Source of the DNA: Candidatus Eiseniibacteriota bacterium
Lineage (GTDB): Bacteria; Eisenbacteria; RBG-16-71-46; CAIMUX01; VGJL01
DNA: 64,000 nt
Direction: 5' to 3'
Assembly: GCA_963792585.1 (NCBI GenBank)
Contig: CAWBWI010000003.1
Location: 480,001 to 544,000, forward strand
The notes beneath the pieces are model-generated. The model had not been told where the DNA came from. It worked only from the letters and a program-made list of their open reading frames with translations, and searched no databases. Both the position numbers and the translations under genes were made by a program. Numbering within the stretch: position 1 is the first letter of the stretch; every line of letters begins with the position of its first letter. Below, one piece after another: positions 32,232 to 42,609 of the stretch.

Positions 32232-34696
32232 TCGCCGCCTCCGGACCTGGGGCCGAGCACGATCTCGACGTGGTGGACGAGACCGTCCCGCTCGAAGGCG
32301 ATGCGGGCCGCTCCCGCCTCCAGCAAGGCCGCAACGCCGTCGACGCTCGCCGCGATCGGCGGGCCGGCGCTGGCCTGCGGATTGCGCACCACGATTTCGT
32401 AGCGCGTCGACTCGCCGGGCAACCGGTAACTCACGGTGAAGCCGGGCCAATCATCCGGGATGCAGGGCGCGATCGATGCGCCCTCGCCGTGCGTCAGGCG
32501 GAGACCGAGGATCGACTCGATCGCGACACGGTACATCCAGCCCGCCGATCCTGTGTACCAGCTCCATCCCCCGCGGCCGACATGGGGCGGCTCGCCGTAG
32601 ACGTCGGCGGCGACGACGTACGGCTCGATCTGGTAGACGGCGACCTGCTCCGGCGTTCGCGTGTGGCTGATCGGGTTGATCATTCGCAGCAGCGCCGCCG
32701 CGCGATTGTTGCGCGAAAGTTCGGCGACGGCGCGGACGACCCACAACGCCGCGTGGGTGTACTGGCCTCCGTTCTCGCGGACGCCGGGGACATATCCCTT
32801 GATGTAGCCGGGATCGTTCGCGGTCCTCTCGAAGGCCGGCGTGAGAAGCCGGATGATCCCATCCTTCTCGGAGATCAGGTGGCGCTCCACGGCGTCGATC
32901 GCCTGACGGGCGCGATCGGAGGGGGCGACTCGGGAGATGACCGCCCAAGCCTGCGCGAGCGCGTCGATCCGGCATTCGTCGGAGTCTTTCGAGCCGAGCG
33001 GGTCGCCCGAATCGTAGTAGCCGCGCCGATACCATTCGCCGTCCCACCCGGCGTCGTTCAACGCGGCCCGCAGCCTTTCCTGGGTGGATCGGTAATGCGC
33101 CGCGCGGTTCGCGTCGCCGCGCGTTGCGCACAGGGGGATGAATGCCTCGAGCACATCGTGCAAGAAGAAGCCCATCCAGACGGACTCGCCCATGCCCTGA
33201 CGTCCGACACGGTTCATTCCGTCGTTCCAGTCGCCCGCCCCGAACAGGGGGAGGCCGTGGACGCCGGTCGTCAGAGAGCGATCCACCGCGCGGCAGCAGT
33301 GCTCGTACAGATCGGCGGATAGACCGGGATCCTCCGGAACGATGAACAGCTCATCGTCGCCATCGGGCAGCGGCGGCGCCGAAAGGAAGCGGACCGATTC
33401 GTCGAGCACCCCCGCGTCGCCCGTCGCCTCGATGTAGAAGGCGGTCAGGTAGGGCAGCCAGAGCAGGTCGTCGACGAAGCGGGTTCGGATCCCGCGGGCG
33501 AGCGGCGGATGCCACCAGTGGAGGACGTCCCCCTCGAGGAACTGGTGCGCGGCGTGGAGCAGGATCTGCGCGCGCGTGCGCTCGGGCCAGAGATAGACCA
33601 GCGCGGCGGCGTCCTGGATCTGGTCCCGGAATCCGAAGGCGCCCCCGGATTGATAGAAGGCGGTGCGGGACCAGATGCGGCAGGCCAGAACCTGGTAGGG
33701 AAGCCAGCCGTTGACCATGAGATCGAGCGCGGGATCGGGCGTTTCGATTCGAAGGCCCGAGAGCCCGTCAGTCCAGAAACTGCGCGATTCGGCGAGGGCC
33801 CGAGAGATCTCGCCGGGGATGCGGTAGCGCGCGATCAGGCTACGGGCCTCGTCGATGCCTCGCCCTTCGCCGAGGAGGAAGGAAACTTCGATCGACTCCC
33901 GCGGCGCAATCTCGACAGCGACCTGCTGGGCGATGCAGGGGGGCAGTCCGACGCCGGCCACGCCGTCGAGCGCGCCGGGACGCGCAAGGGCCGCGGGCCG
34001 CGCGACGTTGCCGCCCTGTCCGATGAACGAGGCGCGGTCGCAGGTGAAGGAACTGGTGCTCGAGCCGTTGGACGCAACGGCCGCGGCGAAGACCACACTT
34101 TCCGGGGGATCGCTCTCCATTCGGTTGCGCGCGAAGACCGCCTCGGTTCGCGCGTCGATCTCGGTGATCACGAAGCGCCCGCTGTCCTCCGGGAGGACGC
34201 CGATCACGAGCCGCGCATATGCGAAGAGCGAAAGGCGTCGCGGGCGATCCGATCGATTCGAGATGCGGAGTCGCGCCACGCGCAGCGGATCCTCTCGCGG
34301 GACGAACAGGAGCATCTCCTGTGCGAGTTCGTGACTTTCGTGGCGGAAGACCGTATAGCCGAAACCGTGCCGCACTTCATAGTCGCCCGCTGCGGGCGCC
34401 GGGCCGGGGCAGGGGGACCAGAAGCCGCCGCCCTCCTCGTCCCGAATGTAGAAGGCTTCGCCATGCGGATCGGTCACCGGATCATTGGACCACGGCGTCA
34501 ATCGATGCTCACGGCTGTTCCCCGACCAGGTCGAAAGCGCGCCCGTCTCGCTCGTCAGGAAACCGAAGCGGTTGTTCGCGATGACATTGATCCAGGGCAA
34601 GGGAGGACCCTGGAAACCGGGCTCGCCGCCGGCGCGAAGCACGATGACGTACTCGCCGCCGGTGTCGAAGCCGCCGTGGTCGGTCTGGAACTTCAT
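32228..34696 (-). CDS. GH94 glycoside phosphorylase, NdvB/Cgs C-terminal type (second beta-sandwich + catalytic barrel)
   Basis: PWINVIAN..FGF, NSREHRLTPWSND, YQSGGAFGFRDQ, GDWNDGMN catalytic motif, RENGGQYTHAA, WYTGSAGW. Confidence 0.92.
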   Translation of the reverse strand: MKFQTDHGGFDTGGEYVIVLRAGGEPGFQGPPLPWINVIANNRFGFLTSETGALSTWSGNSREHRLTPWSNDPVTDPHGEAFYIRDEEGGGFWSPCPGPAPAAGDYEVRHGFGYTVFRHESHELAQEMLLFVPREDPLRVARLRISNRSDRPRRLSLFAYARLVIGVLPEDSGRFVITEIDARTEAVFARNRMESDPPESVVFAAAVASNGSSTSSFTCDRASFIGQGGNVARPAALARPGALDGVAGVGLPPCIAQQVAVEIAPRESIEVSFLLGEGRGIDEARSLIARYRIPGEISRALAESRSFWTDGLSGLRIETPDPALDLMVNGWLPYQVLACRIWSRTAFYQSGGAFGFRDQIQDAAALVYLWPERTRAQILLHAAHQFLEGDVLHWWHPPLARGIRTRFVDDLLWLPYLTAFYIEATGDAGVLDESVRFLSAPPLPDGDDELFIVPEDPGLSADLYEHCCRAVDRSLTTGVHGLPLFGAGDWNDGMNRVGRQGMGESVWMGFFLHDVLEAFIPLCATRGDANRAAHYRSTQERLRAALNDAGWDGEWYRRGYYDSGDPLGSKDSDECRIDALAQAWAVISRVAPSDRARQAIDAVERHLISEKDGIIRLLTPAFERTANDPGYIKGYVPGVRENGGQYTHAALWVVRAVAELSRNNRAAALLRMINPISHTRTPEQVAVYQIEPYVVAADVYGEPPHVGRGGWSWYTGSAGWMYRVAIESILGLRLTHGEGASIAPCIPDDWPGFTVSYRLPGESTRYEIVVRNPQASAGPPIAASVDGVAALLEAGAARIAFERDGLVHHVEIVLGPRSGGGE

Positions 34697-36039
34697 GCGG
34701 AGATCTGCGGCGCGGGCTCTCGCGGGTCCGGCACCGAGTCCGTGACGACCAGAGAAGCCGCCGCATCGATCCGATCGATTGCGGCTTGCGAGAACGCGCT
34801 CACGTTTCTGTGAAGAACGGTGGAAACGCCGGGAGCCGTGTTTGCGCTCTCCCGCGTCGCAGGATCGGTGTCGAGAACGAGCAGATCGATCGGCAGACCC
34901 AGAGACCGCCAGTAACGTTGCATGGCGAGGAGAGTGGGGAGGTATCGCGCGCCGGCCGGCGTCTCCGCGTGAAGGACCGCATATGGGCGATGTCGGGAAA
35001 GCCCGTGCGCTTGCAGATCGCCGAGCGGCCCCCGCGCGCGTTCGAGCACATCGGGCGCGGCGCGCAGGGAGGGATGCCCGTACATCATCGCCGCGGCCAG
35101 TCTCTGCGCGGTTTCGGCCTGCGATGCGCTCAGCTGGAGCGTCTGCAGCCGATCCGTTGCCTGGGACCTTGCGCCGGCGAAGATCTCGTCGGCGTATCCC
35201 GCCTCGGCGCAGCGGTCCGCGAGGGCCAGAGCCGCGTCGCGATCGTTGCCGGCCGCGAGTAGAAAGGTCGTTGTCAACGATCCGCCCGCGGGCACGATAA
35301 CCCTGCGGCGCAGGCTCAGAATCGGGTCGAGGACGTTTCCCGTGGTACCCGAAAGGGGTGCGTTCCGCTCGAGCGCCTGTGGAGCGGATGCGTTCCGCCT
35401 GCGGCCCAGGAAGCGAGCCCGGTCGGTCTCCAGCTGAACGTCGGCGGACTCGAGCACCGCGTGGATCAGGCAAGGGTGCGTCTCGTCCTCCGATCGCGGC
35501 CGCCGCGTGGCCAGAACCGCACCCCGCCGGGAATCGCACGCCGTCTGGATGAAGAGCTTGGAGAAGGCGGGGTGGGCGGCATGCGACGCGGCACTTGCCA
35601 GGACAACTTCCAGGAAGGATGTCATCTCGATCGTGCGCGGACGATCGGTCCGATTGACGAGCGTTATCTTGCGTAACTCCGCGGGGTCGTCGGGGGAGAC
35701 GCAGATCTCCATGCGCGTGGTGATCTCGTGATCGGTTCGCTCGATCTCGAAGCGGCCCGGACTCCATCGCGTTTCGTATGCGCTCGCGGGGTGGAGGATC
35801 GGTTGGCGCCCTGCGGACCAGACCACGCCGCGATCGACATCTCGCAAATAGACGAAGAATCCGTCGCGATCCTCGATTCGATCGCCGGGCCACGCGTTCA
35901 GGCGGCAACCCTCGAAACTCGAGAACCCCGTCCCGTTCGAGGTGATCAGGGTCGTGTAGTTTCCGTTCGACAGGAACCAACCCGTCGGCGCCGGGGATTC
36001 AGGGCTCGCTTCTGATGAAGCCGGGTGCGCGCTTGGCAT
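34693..36039 (-). CDS. GH94 N-terminal beta-sandwich module (NdvB/Cgs-like first repeat)
   Basis: LSNGNY...ITSNG.GFS, D.DGFFVYLRD, AHPAFSKLF, ETDRARFLGR, LSGTTG.VLDPI. Confidence 0.85.
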   Translation of the reverse strand: MPSAHPASSEASPESPAPTGWFLSNGNYTTLITSNGTGFSSFEGCRLNAWPGDRIEDRDGFFVYLRDVDRGVVWSAGRQPILHPASAYETRWSPGRFEIERTDHEITTRMEICVSPDDPAELRKITLVNRTDRPRTIEMTSFLEVVLASAASHAAHPAFSKLFIQTACDSRRGAVLATRRPRSEDETHPCLIHAVLESADVQLETDRARFLGRRRNASAPQALERNAPLSGTTGNVLDPILSLRRRVIVPAGGSLTTTFLLAAGNDRDAALALADRCAEAGYADEIFAGARSQATDRLQTLQLSASQAETAQRLAAAMMYGHPSLRAAPDVLERARGPLGDLQAHGLSRHRPYAVLHAETPAGARYLPTLLAMQRYWRSLGLPIDLLVLDTDPATRESANTAPGVSTVLHRNVSAFSQAAIDRIDAAASLVVTDSVPDPREPAPQISA

Positions 36040-36288
36040 GAACGACAACGAACCTCTCAAATGAATCGGGGCTCAAGAAGTTTCGAATCATGGATCGACC
36101 CGTGGGCGCCATGATATCCCTTCCCGGCAGTGCCCGTAAGGGGTTTCGCCGGTGAGCAGGCTTTCACCTCTTCTGTGACCCGGCGAGACCCTTGCTTCCG
36201 CCTTGCCGCCGCGTGCCGCCGATCGTATCCTGCGTTCGCCCGAAACGGGTCGAGTTGGCCGCGGCGATCGGATCGGAGAAGCGAGACG

Positions 36289-38445
36289 ATGAGACGATCG
36301 ACATTCGTTTCCCTGCTTGGCTGGTTGTGGATTCTCATGGCCGCGGTGGCGCCTGCGCGCGCGGAGGGCCCCGCGCCCGATGCGCTGGACGATGCCCTGT
36401 TCGTCGCCGGGCTCACGCGCGTGGATCTCGGTTGGGATGCGCGTGGCTGGTGGGAGCGATATCCGCAAGATATCCCGTGGAAGCTTCGCCATTTCGACGA
36501 CCTGTGCGCACAGCCGCTGGCCGTCGTGCCGTTCACGCGGGTGATGGGCGCGACGGTGCGCGTGACCCTGGCGCCCGATCTGGTCGCGGGGAAGAAGAAC
36601 GATCAGGGCGCGGGAGCGCTCTACCGCGCCGTGCACGATCTGGGCGTCAACAAGCGGTACGGCGCGACGCGTCCCTATTCCGCGAACCTGACGGCCGCGC
36701 CGACGCCGCTTCCCGTCGCCCTCATCGAAGCATGGAAGGCGGAGAACCGCGCGACGAAGTACGTCACCTTCGGGGCCGAGTCTCCCTATCCGCTGATCGC
36801 GGGCGATCTCGACTCGGTTTGCGCGGCGTTGCCTTCCGACGTGAGCGCGATTCTGGGCAAGCTCGTGCTCGATCTCCTGGACGCCCGCGCCTGGGCGCGT
36901 CTCGGATTCCGAAACGTGCCGCTCGAGACCCGGGAGCGGATCGCCACGCGTCTCGATCTCGGCGAGAAGGAGACCGATGCGCTCGACTACGAGCCGGCGA
37001 TGGACGACGCGGCCCACGCCTGGGACGAGGCGAGTCTATGGTATGGCGGATTGAAAGCCGTGGAAACGCTCGACGTCGCCCGACTCGCGCTGCGGGATCC
37101 CGTCATCAAGGCCGGAGGCGGTCTCGCCAGGGTACGCATCGAGATCGACACGCCCGCGGGTCGCGTGCTCGTGGATGGAACGGGCGCGGGGACGATCGCC
37201 GTCGGCGAGGGGGCGCTGCTCGTCGTCGACCTCGGGGGAGACGATCGCTACAGCGGCTCTGTCGGCGCATCCAAGCCGGCCCTTCCGCTGGCTGCCGCCC
37301 TCGACCTCGCAGGGAACGACACGTATGAATCGGGCGATCGCGCGCTCGGCGCCGGCGTGACCGGTATCGGCGTGCTCCTCGACGGAGCAGGGGACGACGC
37401 GTATGCCGCAGGAACTCTCGGCGAAGGGGCCGGGCACTTCGGCATGGGCGTCCTGATCGATGTCGCGGGTCGGGATACGTACAAGGTGAAGTACAGCGGG
37501 CAGGGCGCGGGATTCTTCGGGATCGGCCTGCTGCTCGATCTCGAGGGAAATGATCAATACACGCTCTGGAGCGACGGGCAGGGATTCGGTGGTGTCGCCG
37601 GCATCGGCGTCCTGGCGGATCGAACGGGGGACGACGCATACCTCGCCGTGCCCGACCCCAAGGTGACGGGCCGACCTTCATATCACTCCGAGAAGAAGAT
37701 CGCCGTCAGCGACGCGCAGGGATGCGGCATGGGCCGCCGCGGCGACGGAGCCGACGGTCACTCCTGGGCCGGCGGGATCGGAGCGCTCCTGGATGCGGAG
37801 GGCAATGATCGGTATACGATCGGCAACTGGGGGCAGGGTTGCGGCTACTGGTTCGGGACCGGTCTCTTGTGGGATGGCGCGGGCAACGATGCGTACCAGG
37901 CCAACGGATGGGCCTCGGCCTCCGGCGCCCACTTCTGCATCGGGGCCGTCGTGGACGAAGCCGGCGATGATCTCCACAAGGTCGACCAGAACTGGGGGCC
38001 CGCGTTCGGCCACGACTTCACCGTCGCGGTCCTGCTCGACGCGGCGGGCAATGACCACTACAAATGCGGCGGGGACGGGATCGGCCACTCCATCAACCGG
38101 AGCGTCGTCCTCTGCCTCGACGGCGCGGGCGACGACGGCTATGCGTTCAAGACGCCGGACAAGACCGGGGACAAGGCAGCGGCAAAGGCGCCGGGAACGG
38201 CGACGTTCGACGCGCGCTTCCTCGACCGCAGCGGCGCATCCGTCTACTGGACCGAATCGACGTCGGTCGGCCTGTTCCTCGACGCCGGCGGCGTGGATGC
38301 GTATCCGGAGGGGACCACGAACGACTTCAGCCGAACCGACGGCGCCGACAGCGACAACGTGCGGGCCCGCAACCATGGGATCTTCGTCGATCGACCCTCG
38401 GGCGTGATCGACCCGGATCGGCCCCAAGGGCGGGGGCGACGGTAA
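36289..38445 (+). CDS. Secreted protein with about 12 GxLxDxxG(D/N)DxY repeats
   Basis: Signal MRRSTF...APARA; Gly/Asp-rich repeats in the C-terminal half. Confidence 0.75.
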   Translation: MRRSTFVSLLGWLWILMAAVAPARAEGPAPDALDDALFVAGLTRVDLGWDARGWWERYPQDIPWKLRHFDDLCAQPLAVVPFTRVMGATVRVTLAPDLVAGKKNDQGAGALYRAVHDLGVNKRYGATRPYSANLTAAPTPLPVALIEAWKAENRATKYVTFGAESPYPLIAGDLDSVCAALPSDVSAILGKLVLDLLDARAWARLGFRNVPLETRERIATRLDLGEKETDALDYEPAMDDAAHAWDEASLWYGGLKAVETLDVARLALRDPVIKAGGGLARVRIEIDTPAGRVLVDGTGAGTIAVGEGALLVVDLGGDDRYSGSVGASKPALPLAAALDLAGNDTYESGDRALGAGVTGIGVLLDGAGDDAYAAGTLGEGAGHFGMGVLIDVAGRDTYKVKYSGQGAGFFGIGLLLDLEGNDQYTLWSDGQGFGGVAGIGVLADRTGDDAYLAVPDPKVTGRPSYHSEKKIAVSDAQGCGMGRRGDGADGHSWAGGIGALLDAEGNDRYTIGNWGQGCGYWFGTGLLWDGAGNDAYQANGWASASGAHFCIGAVVDEAGDDLHKVDQNWGPAFGHDFTVAVLLDAAGNDHYKCGGDGIGHSINRSVVLCLDGAGDDGYAFKTPDKTGDKAAAKAPGTATFDARFLDRSGASVYWTESTSVGLFLDAGGVDAYPEGTTNDFSRTDGADSDNVRARNHGIFVDRPSGVIDPDRPQGRGRR

Positions 38446-38459
38446 TGCCGCGGATATAA

Positions 38460-38508
38460 TTGATGGTTTCTTGATGCTGCGGCCCCGCGTCCTGACGCCC
38501 CGCTGATC
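38460..38508 (+). promoter_or_regulatory. Putative KdpE (OmpR-type) binding boxes
   Basis: TTGATG at 38460 and 38471, CTGACG at 38492, CTGATC at 38503 (11/21/11-bp phasing) upstream of kdp. Confidence 0.5.
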
Positions 38509-38609
38509 TCGGGGGGATCTAGCTTGAAGGGGTGGTGGTCGGCCCGGGCCGCGGACGAAGGCCGTTCGCGAAGCGCCCGACTCGGCCCCGTCACTTCGGG
38601 GGCACCGGA

Positions 38610-38690
38610 ATGGACCTGCTCGTCCTTGCGCTCATTCTGCTCCTCGCCGTTCTCACCGCCGGCTTGATCCGGCTGTGCGAGAAGGTCTAG
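38610..38690 (+). CDS. 26-aa single-TM peptide MDLLVLALILLLAVLTAGLIRLCEKV (kdp-associated)
   Basis: Read directly; below the ORF-track size limit; ends immediately before the kdpF RBS. Confidence 0.7.
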   Translation: MDLLVLALILLLAVLTAGLIRLCEKV

Positions 38691-38700
38691 GGAGGACTTG

Positions 38701-38793
38701 ATGCACCTCCTCTACTGGATCGCGGGGATCCTCGCCGTCGGGCTCTTGATCTATCTCTTCGCCGCATTGCTCAAACCGGAGGCCTTTTCATGA
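38701..38793 (+). CDS. kdpF: K+-transporting ATPase subunit F (30 aa)
   Basis: [30 protein letters not shown] with the YL..ALL.PE.F signature; GGAGGA RBS; ATGA overlap with kdpA. Confidence 0.92.
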   Translation: MHLLYWIAGILAVGLLIYLFAALLKPEAFS

Positions 38794-40508
38794 CGGCCAA
38801 TGGGCTCCTCCAGATCGTCCTCTACGTAGGATTGTTGATCCTCCTCGCGAAACCGCTGGGTTCCTACATGGCGCGCATCTACGAAGGCGATCCGCCGCGA
38901 TGGATTCGCTTCCTGCGCCCCGTCGAGCGCGGGACCTATCGGATCTGCGGCGTTCGCCCGGATGCCGAGATGACATGGGTGCGGTATGCGGTCGCCGTGC
39001 TCACCTTCAACCTGGCGGGCATTGCAGTCGTCTATCTGCTGCAGCGCGCCCAGGGCCATCTCCCCTGGAACCCGCAGGGGCTGCCGGGCGTCGGCGCCCT
39101 GCTGTCGCTCAACACGGCCGTCAGCTTCGGGACGAACACGAACTGGCAATCGTACGGTGGCGAGACGACCCTCAGCTATCTGACCCAGATGCTGGGTCTC
39201 ACCGTGCAGAACTTCGTCTCGGCCGCGGTCGGGATGGCCGTCCTGATCGCCCTGATCCGGGGCCTTCGCGGACAGCTGCAGAAGACGCTCGGCAACTTCT
39301 GGGTCGATCTGACCCGCGGCGTCTTGTACATTCTTCTGCCGCTTTCGTTGATCCTTGCGCTCGTCCTCGTCTCTCAGGGTGTCGTTCAAACATTGAAGCC
39401 GTACGTCGTGACCGCGACGATCGAGAATGCCCTACCGCAGACAATCGCGGTCGGTCCGGCGGCGTCTCAGGTCGCCATCAAGCAGCTCGGCACCAACGGT
39501 GGAGGCTTCTTCAACGTCAACTCCTCCCATCCGTTCGAGAATCCGACGCCGTTCAGCAACCTGCTCGAGATGTTGGCGATCCTGCTGATTCCGGCGGGAC
39601 TCTGTTACACATTCGGCAAGATGATCGGAGACACACGCCAAGGGTGGGCGATCCTCGCCGCCATGACCCTTCTCCTGGTCGCGTTTCTTGCCGTTGGAGT
39701 TCCGGCCGAGAGCCGGCCGACCCCGATCCTGGCGCAGACGGGGCTCGACACGTCCGGCGGGCCGCTGCAGGCCGGCGGGAATATGGAGGGCAAGGAGACC
39801 CGCTTCGGCATCGTCAACTCGGCAATCTGGGCGTCCGCGACGACGGCAGCGTCGAATGGATCGGTCAACGCGATGCACGACTCCCTGACGCCGATCGGCG
39901 GGCTCGCCCCCATGATTCTCATGCAGCTGGGCGAAGTCGTTTTCGGTGGGGTGGGATCGGGTCTCTACGGAATGCTCGTCTTCGCGCTGGTGGCGGTCTT
40001 CGTCGCGGGACTGATGGTGGGCCGGACGCCCGAATACCTGGGCAAGAAGATCGAGTCCTACGAGATGAAGATGGCGTCGCTGGCGATCCTCATCTGCCCG
40101 ATCCTCGTGCTGGGCGGAACGGCGGTTGCCGTTGCATCCGCCGCGGGGCGAGGCGCCGTTTTCAACCCCGGCCCACACGGGTTCAGCGAGATCCTCTATG
40201 CGCTCTCTTCCGCGGGCAACAACAACGGGAGCGCCTTCGGAGGTCTGGGCGTGGGTGTCCCCTTCTACCACATTCTCCTGACCATCGCGATGTTTGGCGC
40301 GCGGTACTGGATCATCGTCCCCATCCTGGCGCTCGCGGGATCGCTTGCCGCCAAGAAGCGGATCCCGGCCGGAGAAGGAACGCTGCCGACGCACAGTCCA
40401 ACCTTCGTCATGCTCCTGGTCGGGATCGTCTTGATCGTCGGCGCGCTCACATTCCTTCCTGCCTTGGCGCTTGGCCCGATCGTCGAAGCACTCCAGCTTC
40501 GCTCATGA
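38790..40508 (+). CDS. kdpA: K+-transporting ATPase subunit A
   Basis: [44 protein letters not shown]. Confidence 0.98.
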   Translation: MTANGLLQIVLYVGLLILLAKPLGSYMARIYEGDPPRWIRFLRPVERGTYRICGVRPDAEMTWVRYAVAVLTFNLAGIAVVYLLQRAQGHLPWNPQGLPGVGALLSLNTAVSFGTNTNWQSYGGETTLSYLTQMLGLTVQNFVSAAVGMAVLIALIRGLRGQLQKTLGNFWVDLTRGVLYILLPLSLILALVLVSQGVVQTLKPYVVTATIENALPQTIAVGPAASQVAIKQLGTNGGGFFNVNSSHPFENPTPFSNLLEMLAILLIPAGLCYTFGKMIGDTRQGWAILAAMTLLLVAFLAVGVPAESRPTPILAQTGLDTSGGPLQAGGNMEGKETRFGIVNSAIWASATTAASNGSVNAMHDSLTPIGGLAPMILMQLGEVVFGGVGSGLYGMLVFALVAVFVAGLMVGRTPEYLGKKIESYEMKMASLAILICPILVLGGTAVAVASAAGRGAVFNPGPHGFSEILYALSSAGNNNGSAFGGLGVGVPFYHILLTIAMFGARYWIIVPILALAGSLAAKKRIPAGEGTLPTHSPTFVMLLVGIVLIVGALTFLPALALGPIVEALQLRS

Positions 40509-40527
40509 GACCGGAAGAGGAGACCGT

Positions 40528-42600
40528 ATGAGCGCACGTGCCCAGAAGAGCACCCGCATCGGCGCCGAAATCCTGAAGCGCGCCGTCCGCGAGGCGTTCG
40601 TGAAACTGGATCCCCGGCGCCAGGTGCGCAATCCGGTGATGTTCGTCGTCTGGGTCGGAAGCCTCGTGACGACGGGGCTCTACATCGCCGCGATTGCGGG
40701 GAAGGGGGAGGAGCCGCCGCGCTTCATCCTCACCGTCGCCGTCTGGCTTTGGTTCACGGTTCTTTTCGCGAACTTCGCCGAGGCGGTGGCGGAGGGCCGT
40801 GGCCGCGCACAGGCCGAATCGCTGCGCCGCGCGCGACGGGACCTGATCGCCCGCAAGCTCGCCCGGTGCGCCAAGGATGCGCCCGCATCGCAGGTCGCGG
40901 CCTCCGATCTCAGGAAGGACGACATCGTCCTCATCGAGGCCGGGGAATTCGTGCCCGCGGACGGCGATGTGATCGAGGGGATCGCGTCGGTCGACGAGAG
41001 CGCCGTCACGGGGGAGAGCGCCCCGGTGATCCGGGAGAGCGGCGGGGATCGTAGCGCGGTGACGGGAGGAACTCGTGTCCTCTCCGACTGGATCATCGTC
41101 AAGGTGACGGCGAATCCCGGCGAGACGTTTCTCGACCGGATGATCGCGATGGTCGAGGGGGCCCGCCGTCGCAAGACCCCGAACGAGATCGCCCTCACGA
41201 TCCTCCTCGCGGCGATGACGATCATCTTCCTGATCGCCTGCGCCACCCTCCTGCCCTTCTCGATATACGCGGCGGCGAGCGCCGGGAGGGGCGCTCCCGT
41301 CACGGTGACGGTTCTCGCGGCGCTTCTTGTCTGTCTCATCCCGACCACGATCGGAGGCCTTCTCTCGGCCATCGGCATCGCCGGAATGGACCGTCTGTTG
41401 CAGGCGAACGTCATGGCGATGTCGGGCAAGGCCGTCGAGACGGCCGGTGACGTGGACGTCCTCATGCTCGACAAGACGGGGACGATCACCCTCGGTGACC
41501 GGCAGGCCGTGGCGTTTCTCCCCGTCGACGGAGTCGATGCCGAAAGCGTCGCCGAGGCGGCGCAGCTTGCCTCGCTCGCCGACGAGACGCCGGAGGGACG
41601 GAGCATCGTTGTCCTCGCGAAGGCGAAGTTCGGCCTTCGCGAGGTCGACATTGCCGGATTGGGGGCGCGATTCGTTCCGTTCAGCGCGCAGACGCGGATG
41701 AGCGGAGTCGACCTGGATCGCGACCAGATCCGCAAGGGAGCCGCCGATGCGATCGAGAAGTACATCCACGATGAAGGAGGTTCGTTCCCGGATTCCGCGC
41801 GCGTGATCGTCGAGCGGATCGCACGGGAGGGTGGCACGCCGCTCGCCGTCGCCGAGGGAAGGAAGGTCCTCGGCGTGATCGAGTTGCGCGACATCGTGAA
41901 GGGGGGTATGCGCGAGCGTTTCGGTGAGCTTCGGACGATGGGGATCCGCACCGTGATGATCACCGGAGACAATCCGTTGACCGCGGCGGCGATCGCGGCC
42001 GAGGCGGGGGTCGATGACTTTCTCGCGCAGGCCACGCCCGAGGCGAAGCTCTCCCTGATCCGTCGCTACCAGGAGGAAGGCCACCTGGTGGCGATGACGG
42101 GCGATGGAACCAACGATGCGCCGGCGCTTGCCCAGGCCGATGTGGCGGTGGCGATGAATACCGGCACCCAGGCCGCCAAGGAAGCCGGGAACATGGTCGA
42201 TCTCGACTCGAACCCGACGAAGCTGATCGAGATCGTCGGCATCGGCAAGCAACTGCTCATGACGCGGGGCGCGCTCACAACCTTCTCCATCGCAAACGAC
42301 GTCGCCAAGTACTTCGCGATCCTGCCGGCGGCATTCGCGAGCGTCTACCCGGCGCTGGGGGGGCTCGACGTCATGAATCTCACGACGCCGCAAAGCGCCA
42401 TCGTCTCTGCGGTGGTCTTCAATGCTCTCATCATCGTCGCGCTGATCCCGCTGGCGCTCAAGGGGGTCGCTTACCGGCCGATGAGCGCCTCGAAGCTGCT
42501 CCGGCGGCATCTGCTCCTCTACGGGCTCGGCGGGATCGTCGCGCCGTTCGTCGGGATCAAGCTGATCGACATGGCGATCCATGCGGTCGGGCTCTACTAG
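40528..42600 (+). CDS. kdpB: K+-transporting P-type ATPase subunit B
   Basis: NPVMF, TGES, DKTGT phosphorylation site, [23 protein letters not shown] before ATG 40528. Confidence 0.98.
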   Translation: MSARAQKSTRIGAEILKRAVREAFVKLDPRRQVRNPVMFVVWVGSLVTTGLYIAAIAGKGEEPPRFILTVAVWLWFTVLFANFAEAVAEGRGRAQAESLRRARRDLIARKLARCAKDAPASQVAASDLRKDDIVLIEAGEFVPADGDVIEGIASVDESAVTGESAPVIRESGGDRSAVTGGTRVLSDWIIVKVTANPGETFLDRMIAMVEGARRRKTPNEIALTILLAAMTIIFLIACATLLPFSIYAAASAGRGAPVTVTVLAALLVCLIPTTIGGLLSAIGIAGMDRLLQANVMAMSGKAVETAGDVDVLMLDKTGTITLGDRQAVAFLPVDGVDAESVAEAAQLASLADETPEGRSIVVLAKAKFGLREVDIAGLGARFVPFSAQTRMSGVDLDRDQIRKGAADAIEKYIHDEGGSFPDSARVIVERIAREGGTPLAVAEGRKVLGVIELRDIVKGGMRERFGELRTMGIRTVMITGDNPLTAAAIAAEAGVDDFLAQATPEAKLSLIRRYQEEGHLVAMTGDGTNDAPALAQADVAVAMNTGTQAAKEAGNMVDLDSNPTKLIEIVGIGKQLLMTRGALTTFSIANDVAKYFAILPAAFASVYPALGGLDVMNLTTPQSAIVSAVVFNALIIVALIPLALKGVAYRPMSASKLLRRHLLLYGLGGIVAPFVGIKLIDMAIHAVGLY

Positions 42601-42609
42601 GAGGGACCC

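Noticed and set aside
38510..38609. c-di-AMP (ydaO) riboswitch before kdp
   Set aside because: No recognisable consensus; KdpDE and the phased boxes already explain regulation
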